Shown in pieces: positions 27,642 through 41,200 of a stretch of 64,000 bases of DNA. The position numbers and the translations under genes were made by a program. Where the stretch lies: positions 132,742,001 through 132,806,000 of the forward strand of contig OX597816.1 in NCBI GenBank assembly GCA_951406725.2, read 5' to 3'. Position 1 is the first letter of the stretch, and each line of letters opens with the position of its first letter. The notes under the pieces are model-generated. The model was not told where the DNA came from. It was given only the letters and a program-made list of their open reading frames with translations, and searched no databases. The stretch is from Octopus vulgaris. Lineage: Eukaryota.

Positions 27642-28761
27642 TAAATGAAATATAAGGATGGTCTTCACCTCTTATATCTATAAATACATATTGAAAGTAA
27701 TTGAAATTGGAACCATATAATAGTGAAAGTATTAATAGAGATGTTATTGTTTCATTTTTGATGTGTAATGCGGAAACAGTGTAAGAGATAAGTGATTGCT
27801 CTGGGGTCGCATTAGGCAAGAAGTTGAAATTTTTGGGGGCCCATGACACTGTATGGACTCTAGGTAAGGCATATGTAAAATTTGAATGAAATCCATTGGG
27901 TAGTTCTTGAGTTCAGTTTTATATATAGATTATATAAAATTATGATTTTAACATTAAATTACCTCAAAGATTTGTATGTTTGACATTAAACTCATAGAAT
28001 TTTAACTGAGTGTATATTGACCTCCTTGAAATATTGTTGCTGAAAGGTAGGTGGAGTAAATGTAGAAAGATGTTGTCCTTGTGAACATAAACCATAAATA
28101 GTTGTACATTTCTTGACATTTCAGTGTATATTTATGATAAAATATGAATTAATTCCTTTTCTCTAGATTCAAAACAGCCAATGTCAAAACCTGGTCAGGG
28201 ATCAACCAAATCAATATCCTCCTGCGACAGAGAAGGGCCAGTGGAATATTGTAACTGTAAGTTCCAGTTTGATTTTTATCAGGGATATAAAAGAATGAAC
28301 CAGCGAGGTATTTACACTACAATAACATTAGTAGCTGAAGGCTTAAGATACATACTTACGTCAGTATGGATAATCTTGGATTTTCAAAAAAAAGAAATCA
28401 ACCAACTGATTAGCACATTACAAATACAATCTGTAAGCAGAACTGTAAAACTATGCAAAACCTTTCTCAGGTTTAAAATGTGACATTGTTTTTGTTATCT
28501 ACATTCCAAAAACAGAAAAGAATGTCATCATACATACATACAAAATGTGACCGCGTGTGTATTGTTAGCGATTTTTTTCCTCTGTCTTCCCTTCCTTGGA
28601 TCTTTCCTTTTCCTATGTTTCTGACGAAGAGCTCCGCTCAAAACATTAAATTCTCCTTCTTTCTTTTCCTGAGCGTCCAATAACACTATACTTGTTCCAC
28701 ATCCTCGCATTATTGTGTTTTCTCTTTGTGTTTTCATGTTTGGATTAACTATACATACATA

Positions 28762-28817
<56 letters not shown>

Positions 28818-31800
28818 TGTCTACTCTCACATATGTACAGTATCTATAATAAAAATCAAGTAAAGTTGGCATCAGGAAGAACATCTGGTTGTAGAATAAA
28901 GCCTCAAGAATACATATTACTGAGGTATGGTTTTAAGCTGGATGCCTTTCCTGCTGCTAGATCTTATCTTTTAGGTAAGGGATTTTTTCAACTCTCTAGT
29001 ACCTTCCACCCTCTTTCTATTACTTCTATCACTACATTTACCTATGTCTCCCCAATCTTGACCTGTTTACTCTCACTGTACTCTTCTTACTTCTTCTCCA
29101 CCACCCCAGCACCTTCTCATCTCTCCATCTGTGGTCTACCTCTATGACCCCCAAATCCCACCTTCCCTTAAATGACTTTCTTAGGATAACTTGCCACCAT
29201 CTATTTTACTCTTTCATGTTCCTTTCCTCTCATGCCTTCCACTTCATACTTGCCCTTATAATTTGGGCTAGCTCTGGACACCCCTATGCAACCCACCTCA
29301 TCACCTTTATCCCTCTTTCTCTCCATGGAGGCATGTGGCTTAGTGGTTAGGGTGGACTCATGATTGTAAGATTGTGGTTTTGATTCCTCGACCAGGTGAT
29401 ATGTTGTGTTCTTGAGCAAAACACTTCATTTCACATTGCTCCAGTCCACTCAGCTGGCAAACATGAGTAATCCTGTGATGGACTGGCATCTTGTCCAGGT
29501 AGGGAATTTATATGTCATGGAAACCAGGAAACCAGCTCTTATGAGTTGGCATGACTCAAGAAGGTAACCTATCCTCTCTCACTATAACTTGATTCTAATC
29601 CCTTTATCTTATTTCTTACATTCTCTCATTTTACAGCATCTACACTGTTATTCTCTCCACAACCACACTCTCATAACTATAAATACATTCTTCTCATCAG
29701 ACTCTCATCTCTCTTGTCATCTTGCTTAAAATCATCAGATTTTCCCTTCTGTTGTAGGGTGCCTTTTAGGCTCTTTAGTCCTGCAGATTGCAAGGCCATT
29801 TCACTGGTGCTGATGCTATGAAAAAGTACTGAGTATACTGTAAAATGGTTGGCATTAGGCGGAACATCCACCTGCAGAAATCATAAAACAGAGATATTCG
29901 GGCATGACATGGTCTTCTGATGATTCTTGTCAAACTATCCAGCTCATGCCAAAATTGAAAGTGGATATAAAATGATGATGATACATACATATATACGTAT
30001 GTATGTATGTGTGTGTGTGTGTGTGTGTGCATGCGTGTGCGTGTGTGTGCGTGTGTGTGTGTATGCATGTATGTATGCACATGCATTTATACATACACAC
30101 ATGCATGTGCACACACACACACGCACATACACACACAGATGTACAAACATTATTTTTTAAATATAACTCCAACTGAAATGGTAAAATTTTTTGTTTTATT
30201 GTTTTTGTTTTTTAGTTAAATTTGGAATCTGGCATGAATGTCCTCTTTTGGAAAGCTTTTAGTTTGCCATCAAATGAGAATGATGAAACTGTAATGAGAC
30301 CAGTTCTAATAAGGAAGATTCAAGTGGAAGGTGAACACATTTTCATTCATGTATTTAAACCAATTGTATGTACTGTACAATCATATTTCATCACTTATTG
30401 AACCCCCAGCTTCTGATATCTGGTAGCAAGTTAACATTAGAGTAAAGTTAATTTTCATTTTTTTTTCTTAAATCCTGTTAAATCCGAGTTTACGTATTTA
30501 GGTAGTAAGATAACGTTTTCAGGCGGCACCGTTGAAGATATTAAGATGAGAATAAGTAAAGGAAGGACTGCTTTTCACCAGTTAAAGAAAATATGGAGCG
30601 CAAGTGTAATTTCAATAAAGAACAAATTAAGAATTTTTAACACTAACGTAAAAGAGGTGTTATTGTATGGGGCTGAGACATGGCTAACAACAGTTAAGTC
30701 AAATAAGCAAATACAATCATTCATCAACAGATGCTTGCGTAGTATACTTAAAATTAGAAGGCCCAAACACATTAGCAATATGGAGCTATGGGAAAGAACA
30801 AATGAAGTTTCGATTAGGGAGCAAATATTTAAGAAAAAGTGGAAGTGGATTGGTAGCACAATTAGAAAAGACACACCAAATGTAGTGAAAAGTGCTTTAC
30901 AGTGGAAACCAGATGGATATAGAAGGAGAGGTAGGCCTAAGAACTCATGGCAGAGATCAACACAAAAGGAACTAGAGAAAGGGGGACATTCATGGCAGAG
31001 CATAAGTACAGAAGCCAAAATTTATGTGACATGGAATTCAACTATAAGTGGCCTATACTCCGGGTTGGAGGGTTAAAGGCATAAAGAAGAAAGAAATCCT
31101 GTTGATCAGTATTCCTCATAAGAAGGGAGGCCTCTGAGGATTAAAATGGAGGTGGAAAAATTGTTGTTTAATAAAGTTAAGGTGATTTCCAATTTTTTTT
31201 TAACTCCTCAAGCACTATAGGAAAGAAAGAAAAATTTAAATTGCAAAATCTGTTTTGTCATCTGATTAAAAAAAGAAAAAAAAGAGGGATTAGTTACATT
31301 GGTTACCAAAATATTTTACTGATATTTTAGTGGGCCCTAGGCCTGGTATTTGTCTGCTTGAGAACCATTGCACTTCATCCCTCACCGTCATCCCTCATGT
31401 CAGACCACATGTTAAACAGCTTACTCAACACTTGATCCTCCTGGTCTTAGCATTTCCTTTAGTGAAGTCTGCTCTGTTGCAAGCATTCAAGAACTATGTC
31501 TGAGTATAACTTTCTTTTTACCTTCCACCTGTCATTAAAGGCTAAACCAGTGGTTTTCAACCATTTTCCCCCTATGGACTCATTTGGTTCCTATTTTACT
31601 CAGGTGGACCCTCGTAGCCATTTGGTGTTTAAAAGATTATATTTTTATATTTTGATATTAAAAATTGTATGAATAAATTGTTAAAATACTTTGTGTATTG
31701 TAAAAGTATATGCAATTTATAGCTTTTGATAGCAAACTATTATATGGACCCACATGAACGATGTGGACCTCAGTTGAGAACCACTGGGCTTAAACCCTTA

Positions 31801-32115
31801 CATGTACTGTGAAGCATGACATGTATCCAAAATTCAAGTTCAGTAGTAAGTCCCACATTCTACTCTTATATGCATTGTAGTACAAATGTGAGATATAAAA
31901 CCAAAGGATAGGCCAGTATGCAGAATACAACCTATTTTATATATATCTATCTTATATATATATGTAAATATATATAAGATTTCGGCTGATTAATCTTGAG
32001 ATTGCTCCAATCTGACCAGCATTAGATTCCTTGGAAAAAAGCATCGAATGTATCCAAAAGCAAGAACGGAAAAACAGACGATGTTACACGAATATAAATA
32101 CAAAAATACAATAAA

Positions 32116-32147
<32 letters not shown>

Positions 32148-32228
32148 GACATAACAGGTGTCTTTCAACTGGGGATGAATTGAATTCAGCTGGCATGTGT
32201 GGAAATGCAGCCTTACGGCAGAGATACA

Positions 32229-32286
<58 letters not shown>

Positions 32287-35200
32287 TACATATGTATATT
32301 TGTATGTATATATTTGTATGTATATATATGTATGTATACATATGTATGTATATTTGTATATATATATATATATATTTATGTATTTATACATATATAAATT
32401 CGTCTGTCTTTACGTTCTGAGTTCAAATTCACTAAGGTCAACCTTGCCTTTCATCCTTTCAGGGTCAATAAATTAAGTACCAGTCAAGTATTGGAGTTGA
32501 TGTGATTGACATCCCTTCCCCAAAATTTCAGGCCTTGTGCCTACAGTAGAAAGTAGTATTAATATTCCATATCTATATCTATCTATCTATCTATTTATCT
32601 ATCTTTCTTTCTTTTTAAGTAAACCTGATGCTACCTACACAGATATATTATTTCTCTATACTTTTATATAACAGAAATAATTGTCAGTTTATAATGGAAG
32701 AAATAAATTTTTATTATAATTGTAATAATAATATCAGTAAATAATTGTTTTCGTTATTAGGGGTAGCATTTTCTTCTGAATGTACCAAATGTCGTAATGG
32801 CACCTATAGTGATACGATTGGATCATCGTACTGTAGACCGTGCCCAGAGGACACCTATTCCGAGCGAGGAGCCACTAAATGCACGTCATGCGACAAAGTA
32901 TCAGAATATTCACGTAAGTTGTTTTCATTAGCCAGTAATGAGGATTTTATTATAGCTGCCTGTCTGTTATGTGTGTTAGAGGAAGTTAATGTATGTGTGT
33001 GTGTGTGCATATAGGCATATATGTATGTAGGTAAATATTTAGATGTGTATATACATACATGTATATGCATATGTATGTTTGTGGGTTTGTATATATCTCT
33101 ATATAGGTGTGTGTGTGTTGTGTATAATATATGTAAATTACTTGAGCCATAAATATTTTCTATTTTTTCTTTTTTTATAAGTCTAAGTCCTTTGGCTATT
33201 GGAGAGAAGTCAGACGATTGTCATGCTAAGATAGCTATAGAGCCAGAAGCATGTCCATGACTGTCATGTTACATGCAGACAATAATCCTGTCCTATCCTT
33301 AACAGCATGTCTATTTTGGAAAAGGCAATTATGATACATCCTCTAGAGGTGGAAATCATTATCATCATCATCATCATTGTTTAGCATCTGCTTTCCATGC
33401 TGGCCTGGGTTCAACAGTCTGACTGGAACTCGTAAGCTGGAGAGCTGTACCTGGTTCCAGTCTGATTTGGCCTGGTTTCTATGGCTGGATGCCCTTCTTA
33501 ATGCCAACCACTCCAAGAGTGTAATGGGTGCTTTTTATGTGCCACTGGCATGGGTGCTTTTAATAGCCATCAGCATCAGTTGCATGTCACTGGCATTGGC
33601 CATGACTACAGTTTCACTTGGCTTGATGAGTTTCCTCAAGTACAACATATCGTCAAAGTCTCAGTCACTTGTTATTGCCTCTGTGAGGCCCAATGTTTGA
33701 AGATCATGCTTCTCCACCACATCCCATGTCTTCCTGGGTCTACCTCTTCCACAGGTTCCCTCTACAGTTAGAGATTGGCACTTCTTTATACAGCTGTTTT
33801 AATAAATCAAGAACTCTACTGAGGTCAATAAATGAAATGCAAGTCCTGTCCTGGGTTAATTCTTCTCTTCTTTTCACTCTTTCCTTCTCTCTTCTGGAAG
33901 ATATCAGTTATCATCAGACCTGTTGAAACTTGAGCTTCCTGATCTAAAACTGCCAAAGTCATGTCATATGTCACAATATCCCTGTGATTCTGTTCAGGAG
34001 CTGAGGGCACGAAGCAAAGTAGATAAATGTGTGTTGTGTGTAAATATATTTATATTTTATATTTGTATGCTTTTATATAAAGATACATGGATATACCTAT
34101 GTATAGAAGGACATATTGAAAGGATAGATATAGATGTTTTGATGTGACATCTTTGTGAGAGATCAAGATTATTTAAGCCAAGGCTAAATGCTTCTCTGTG
34201 ATTGTAATAATGATGACATACCTGTGCCAATAATGTTAAAAATCATTCCCACATTAATAATTTAAAATTGAGGTAATTGTATATTTATATTTTACAGCTC
34301 GTGAGTCTGGGAACTGTAGGAAAAAACAACATTGTCGTGAAATGGATTATTATGAATATCAAACACCTTGTAATAAAGAAGGCTTGGTAAGATAAATCTG
34401 GTGACTTGTTTGAAATAAATTTAATTTCAAAAATAGATAAGCACTGTTTTTTTTTCCCCTTCAGTTATCTTCTATATGTAACTTAATATCTACTTTTCCA
34501 GTGTTATAACTTGAATTTTAATGAAATGTAATTAGACATGAGATAAGAGCTGTGCAATAGTTTCAAATATTTATTTTCTAGAAGTTTCAAGTTTGTTTTA
34601 TTTTAACTTTATTTTTAAGAAGCTGTTAAAAACTAAAATAGTTTAAAGAAAAATTTATTAGTTGATAAAATGCTACTTTCTGGTTGTTTGAGTTGCTTTT
34701 ACAGGGAAAGTAATGACTGAAATATTTCTGCTTGATACTCCTGTTGCTTAATATAATATTCAGTCAATAGACCTGAATTCATCTTATTTATTGATTTATT
34801 TATTTTTGCTAATTGTGTTTTAACAAATATAAAGAGTGGTAGGTAACTTTCTCGATACTATGTCTAATCTTAAATAATCAATATTATAATCCCTAATATT
34901 CACAAAATGTGTATGTGAAGTTGTAATGATATAGATTTGGTTTTAATCTCATTCAAATTTTAAGAAATAGTAAAATAAAATATTCTTCAAAAATATTGTA
35001 TAATCTTAACATTGCAAAAGCAAAATATTTTATAAATGTTACTTTTGATTTTAGTAATGAATATATCTGTATGCAATATAAGATATTATACAGTATTTTA
35101 AGTACCAGTTTGATATTAGATATACACAGCAATTTCATGTATCTTTAGCCTATAATTGTCTGCAATTTCTTTCTGAAGTTGTTTAGTCATAACAATATAT

Positions 35201-38200
35201 TGATTCTATAAATTACTTTCAATTTATTTTAGACACAAACAAAATACAGCTGGATGGTGCCAATGCGTTGCCGTACAGATTTACCCAATGCAACACAACT
35301 ACCTCCCCCGAGTAAGGTTGAGAAGTGTCCTCAATGTAACCCTGGAATGATGAGTGTTCCTGGTTCTGGTTGCAAATTCTGTGCAAGTGATGAATATTCA
35401 GATGGGGCATCACCTTGTCAAAAGTGTCCAGTTTCTACATCCCCACAAATGGGTTACACATATAAATGGTGGTATACCATGCCCCCAAACATAACCTCTC
35501 ACTGTCTTAATTTAGAAGGTAAGCTTTTTATTTATTTATGAACTGAAAAAAAAAACCCAATGAATACTACAAAACAACAACACTAAGAGCTAAAATATCT
35601 TGCCACCCAAATCTTGCCATTCATCAAATTCAAATGTGCACAGCTAATAATAATAATACCCATGTATTTATTCTTCTTTTCTTCCTGTCACATATACAGT
35701 TTAGGGGATGCAATAGGGAATGGTAATTTCTGGCTTACTGAAAGTAGGAGAGGAAATCACAGCGAAGATGGTATTTTGAATTAAGCATAGCCTGAATTTA
35801 TTTTGTGAAAAAATTTTTCCTTTTTTCATATTAGAATAAAAAAAGTTTCCCATGAAAAGAGTCTGTGGCCTGGTTTTTGTTTCCCAGTTGAAAATAATTT
35901 TAAATCAGATAGTGTTATTTTAGTTCTGGAGAGGAATAATAGAGTGCAAAGCTCAAATGTATGACTGTGTGATTAAGAAGTTCATTTGATAATCATGTGG
36001 TTCTGGATTTGATCCCCCCATGGGATACAATAATCAAATATTTTTTTACCATTGCTGCAGGTTAATCAGTACTATAAGAATGGAATTTGTTTGGGAGAAA
36101 TTGAATGGAACCCCATCACATATATCTATCACTATCTGTCTATCTGTGTGCAAGTGCATGAATGTTTTACTAATACATATAACTATAATTAATATTGATA
36201 TCACTGTAATATATGAATATATAAAATAAACATTGGTGAACAAACTTATATCCTACTTTGAGCAAAAAAAAACTGTATACTATTTCTTCTGCCTAATTTG
36301 CATTGACTCTACTATTTTCTCATCATAAAATGTAACAAACCTGTTATTAGCCTGTTAGAAATATGTAATCAACAACACTGTTCACAAACAATATGATTAA
36401 AATATAAGTGTTTTGTATGGGATTTGGGAGGTAGGTGGGTGAAAGATTGCATCAATGGAGTGGAGGTTTGAAAAAAATGGGGTTTAGCAATCAAGTAAAC
36501 ACACGTCCCAAAAACCTATCTAAGAAATCATGACTCAGCAAAAATGCTAATAGTATCTCATGCTGTCAGTTTGTAGTATAGAGATTAAGGAAATGTTTTA
36601 GGGTCTTTTTTTTAAACAAGATTAAATATTTAAAATGACATTTTTTTGTGGGATGATTATGTAGGAATTTTCCATTCTTACATGTAAATAGACTCAAATG
36701 CGTATGCATGAAGGTGAATATCTGTGTAGATGCATAAAGAAACAAGTTCACCACCACCAGCATCTTCATCATGTTGTTGTGGATGCCCAAACAGAAGTTC
36801 AATATTTCAAGATGAGTTGAAATGAGATTTGAAATTGTAACTGCTGGGGTGAACTTGATCACATAGACTATGTCTCAGGCAAGTTTGGTAAAGCAGTCTC
36901 TGTTCTGTTCAGAATATGGCACCATGTCAAAAGCATTTCCCTACTAGAATTCACCATCTGTTTAACCCTTTAATATTTAAACCTGCCATATCAAGTCCAA
37001 ATATTTTGTTTTATGCTCACACCAGCCAAATCTAGACTCTCACACCTCTCCTGAAATGTTAGTTTAAAAATAAACAATCACATCATTGAAATTTGGAAGC
37101 TATGTGATAATGCATGATTAATTCAAAACAACGTGAATAAATAAGTGTTACATTTGACAATCATCATCATCATCATTGTTTAACATCTGTCCTCCATGCT
37201 GATGTGTTGGATGGTTTAACTGGAGTTGGCCAACTAGAAAGCTGCTTGGGCTCTGTTTTGTTTGTCTTAGCATGGCTTCTATGGCTTAATGCCCTTACTA
37301 ATGCAAACCACTTTATAGAGTGTACTGGGTGCTCTTAACGTGGCACTGGGATGGGTGCTTTTATGTGGCACTGGCATGGACGTTTTTTACATGGCACCGG
37401 CACAAGTGCTTTTAGGTATCACTGGTGCAAACACTTTTATGTGACACTAGCATCAGTACGTAAGGGTTCATTTCTTTTTTCTGTGGTTTTATTTTGTCCT
37501 CATGAGTTTTGAAGGCCTCTACTGTCTGCTATGGTTGATAATGTTCATTGTTTAATATGAACTTTTGGGATAGTACTTGTGAAAATGTTGACAAAGAAGG
37601 AGTTCAGGAGTGCAATAGTTTTGAAGAGCAAGGATTGTGCTGAATTCAGTATAGTATATGGGAAGGTGAGTGATACATAGCATGAGTGATAAGAAGAATA
37701 TACAGAGGGGAGTTGGATGGAATGGGATGGAGGTAGAAATGGTATGCAATTAACTAGATCAGAGGAGCAGAAACCATTGTGAAGGAGAAGAAAGAATAAA
37801 AGGTAGCAAATGGTGTCTTTTTGAGCCAGTGGTTGCATAGCGTTAGTAGGTTTTTGATAATCAGTTAGATTGCCTTCCTTTGGCTATGGTCTTGGATATT
37901 TGTGCGTGTAACAACAGCACTGTCTTAGATAAGATAGATATAACTCTCATATAGGTTCTACTTGGGTTTTTTTGACACTCCACGACTGATCAGTGCTGAA
38001 CTACTTTCTGACCCTAAAGAGAAAGTCTAATCTTTAGTACATTATTTTGGCAATGTTATATATATGATGTAGCCATGAAATATCATCGGAGATTGTGAGA
38101 TTTTGCATTTGTTGTTTGTTAGGGTACAGTTATTTTATTGTAAAAGATGATTGAAGATTTTATTCATGGAAATACTGTAAGGCTAGCAGAAGGTGTGGTA

Positions 38201-41200
38201 AATTAATGAGTTGTAAAAGGTGTTTTCATCTGCATTGGAGTGCCTGTATGGGTAGACACAGTAAATAGATGATTAGTTAATCAGATACTGTAAAGCTTAG
38301 AATTTGTAGCAGCTTTAAGAGTTTTACCTGTGTGTTGTCCATATTCATGAGAAGGAATGGTGTTGTTCAAGTTCTTTTTATTGATTGTATATAGTGATTG
38401 TGTCTTATTACTGATGAAGGGTGATAAAAAAAAATCTATGAACTTGTAAACCTCTTGACAAAAGAGATGTGTAGACACCCAACACTAACACACTCACATG
38501 CACATATGTACATGAAGTGATAAGCACACATATAATGAAGGTGATCGATTTTCCTTAATTGTTATTCTTCTTTTGCAGAAACTGAATGTGTTACAAATTC
38601 TAGTTGGATACCTGCTAAGAGTTACATTCATACGAAATATGGGCCTGGTGAACGAAGTTATCTCTTACTAGTCCTTGAAATACCTGGTTTCCGAGGAAAT
38701 GAAGCTATTATCTTGGATAAAGGAGTAAAACTGGGCCAGTTGACATTTGTTTTTGAAACGAACTGTTCAAGTCAGTGTCAGTTCTACTTCATGGTGGTAA
38801 TTTATCATGTTTTTTAAAATTCTTTATTTAGTGATAACTTTATCAATAACACTGTGTAACAAAATTTTAATTTCTTTTTGTCTTTGGTCAGTAAGTGTTA
38901 TTTCCTATTTGCTTCTATCTAAAAATCATAGGAAATGGCTACTATTCCCTTCAAACTTTGGTTTTGTGACCTGGACATCAATGTTTTGAAACTGACCTGT
39001 TTTCCATTAAGTTTCAGACAGATTCAGTGCTGAGATGCTGAAGCAGAAATATCATTCTAGTAAATATTCTGCTCAGTATCACAGATTTGAGCACATCCCT
39101 TAATGGCTGACAATATGTGCACCTCTGATCATGAGCAGAAGTAGTGTGGGAGCATCACAGCCATGTATTAAGAGGGATTCTTTGGGGTTTGAATAAATGT
39201 AACAAAAGCAAAGTGTGAAGGAGATATTAGCCACTTTTCATACCTTATGGTGGGTAAGCAAGTAGGAAATAACAGTTGCTACCCAAGGACAAAAATCGTG
39301 TTACACTGTAATAAACATAAGACCAATTTTTATAGTCCTCTATGTTATCTAAATTGGAATAAACTGTTATGACTTGATGCTTAAATCTAATTTCTTAGTG
39401 TAAAATGTATAAGAAGTAACCACTTTATACAGAATACCTGTTTATCTTAGTTAGACTTCCCAGGTGATCTGATATCTATCACTGATGGCTCAGTGAATTG
39501 AGATGATGTCTTAAATTAAATTCACAACTAACATGCATGACAAAATACCAACAGTCAATTTGATCTCATGACCTACAAGCAAGTTACCCAATAAATAATG
39601 AACCTACTTGATTATTTCACTTACTGAAATTTATGCTATCAAGGGCAGTGAGCTGGCAGAATTGTTAGCACTCTGGACAAAATGCTTAGCAGCATTTTGT
39701 CTGTCTTTATATTCTGAGTTCAAATTCTGCCATGATCAACTTTGCCTTTCATACTTTTGGGGTTGATAAAATAAGTACCAGTTTAGTACTGTAATCGACA
39801 AACCCCCTCCCCTGACATTGATGGCCTTGTGCTAGAATTTGAAACTGATATTTATGCTATCAAACCTTTAAGGGATTAAAATATTAGTTGTCTTGAGCAG
39901 CATTTGAACTCACAACTTGTAGGCAGCAAAACAAAATAGTATTAGTGATTTAGTTTAATGTTTTACTATCAAAGTTGCAGCAGATAGGGGACCAAACTAG
40001 AGTGGTGGTAGTGGTGGGGAAATGCAACAGCTGATACCTGACCATAGGCAATGTGTTGTCTATAGTCAAGATATTTGAATGCCACTAGTCCTGTTGCCCA
40101 AGTACTATGGAAAAATAGAGTTCACTGCATTAAGGAATGAAAATATTCTGTAATTAACACGATTCATTAGCTTGTGTGTGTGTGTGTGTGTGTGTGTGCG
40201 TGCATGCGTGTGTGTATGTATATGTATATATCTGTTTGAATGTATATGTGTATATATGTGTTTATGTATACATATGTGTCATCATCATCATCATCGTTTA
40301 ACGTCCGCTTTCCATGCAGGCATGGGTTGTGAAGCAAGCTTCTTTTATGCATTATATTGGCTATAAAGGCTTTACATAGAAGGGAAGCTATGGGTTGGAC
40401 ATAGACATAATGTTATGAAATGACAAATGAAAATGATGATAAATGAGGCAACAAGCAACGCCCACCGATTGCTGCTTACCTGAGAACATTGTTCTTTTAT
40501 ATTTTGTTCACGAGGCAATAAACCTCTTACATTTTTCACAATTCAATACCAAAATTCATTTATGAGGCAACAAACCTCTTACATTTTTCACAATTCAGTA
40601 ACAAAAATGAGGCACTACGCCTCTTACCTTTACTTTGAACTTTCGTGCCTGACCAAGCTCCTCGCCTCATTCAAGCACCTGGACGGTGCCAAGTCAGGCC
40701 ACTTTAGCATAAATCTAAAAGTGTCCTTGGGGAAGGAATTCATCACCCTGCACAAATTGGTCTCCCATATGACCTCCGCAGCCACCTGCAAAGGCCAGTC
40801 AGGGTCCTCAGTGCAGGATAGAATCCCTTCCCTCCGGCCTTTCTTTTTATACTTCTAAACGAAGCTTTCCAATGACCCTCCCTTATGGAAGAGGATCACA
40901 AATTCCTCATCCTTAACATGGGAAGAGCCTACAGTATCTCTCTTCAGTGGCACAACTCCCACCGAAGGTGCTTCGGGACATGCCGACAGTGTGTCACAAA
41001 TTGCTGGCAGTGTCCCTTTTTTCTCTTTCTTCTTTTTTTTTTCTTTGAGCCATGGGAGGGTGGAGTTCTTCCATTTTGTCTGGAAGCTTCTTACCACAAT
41101 ATATTTTATATATTAGTTAAGTTAATGTGATCCTATTTAATGTATAGTGCATTAAATATTTAAGGATAGATTAAGAATCAATTCCTTTTTTTGGCTATCT

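Noticed and set aside
27282-27849. Cluster of overlapping YI/HT/CV-rich ORFs (also at 8.8, 10.8, 15.7, 16.8, 29.9, 32.0 and 53.7 kb)
   Set aside because: These are translations of (TA)n, (CA)n and (CATA)n microsatellites.
30575-31018. 147-aa minus-strand ORF
   Set aside because: It is the antisense shadow of the RTE LINE ORF.
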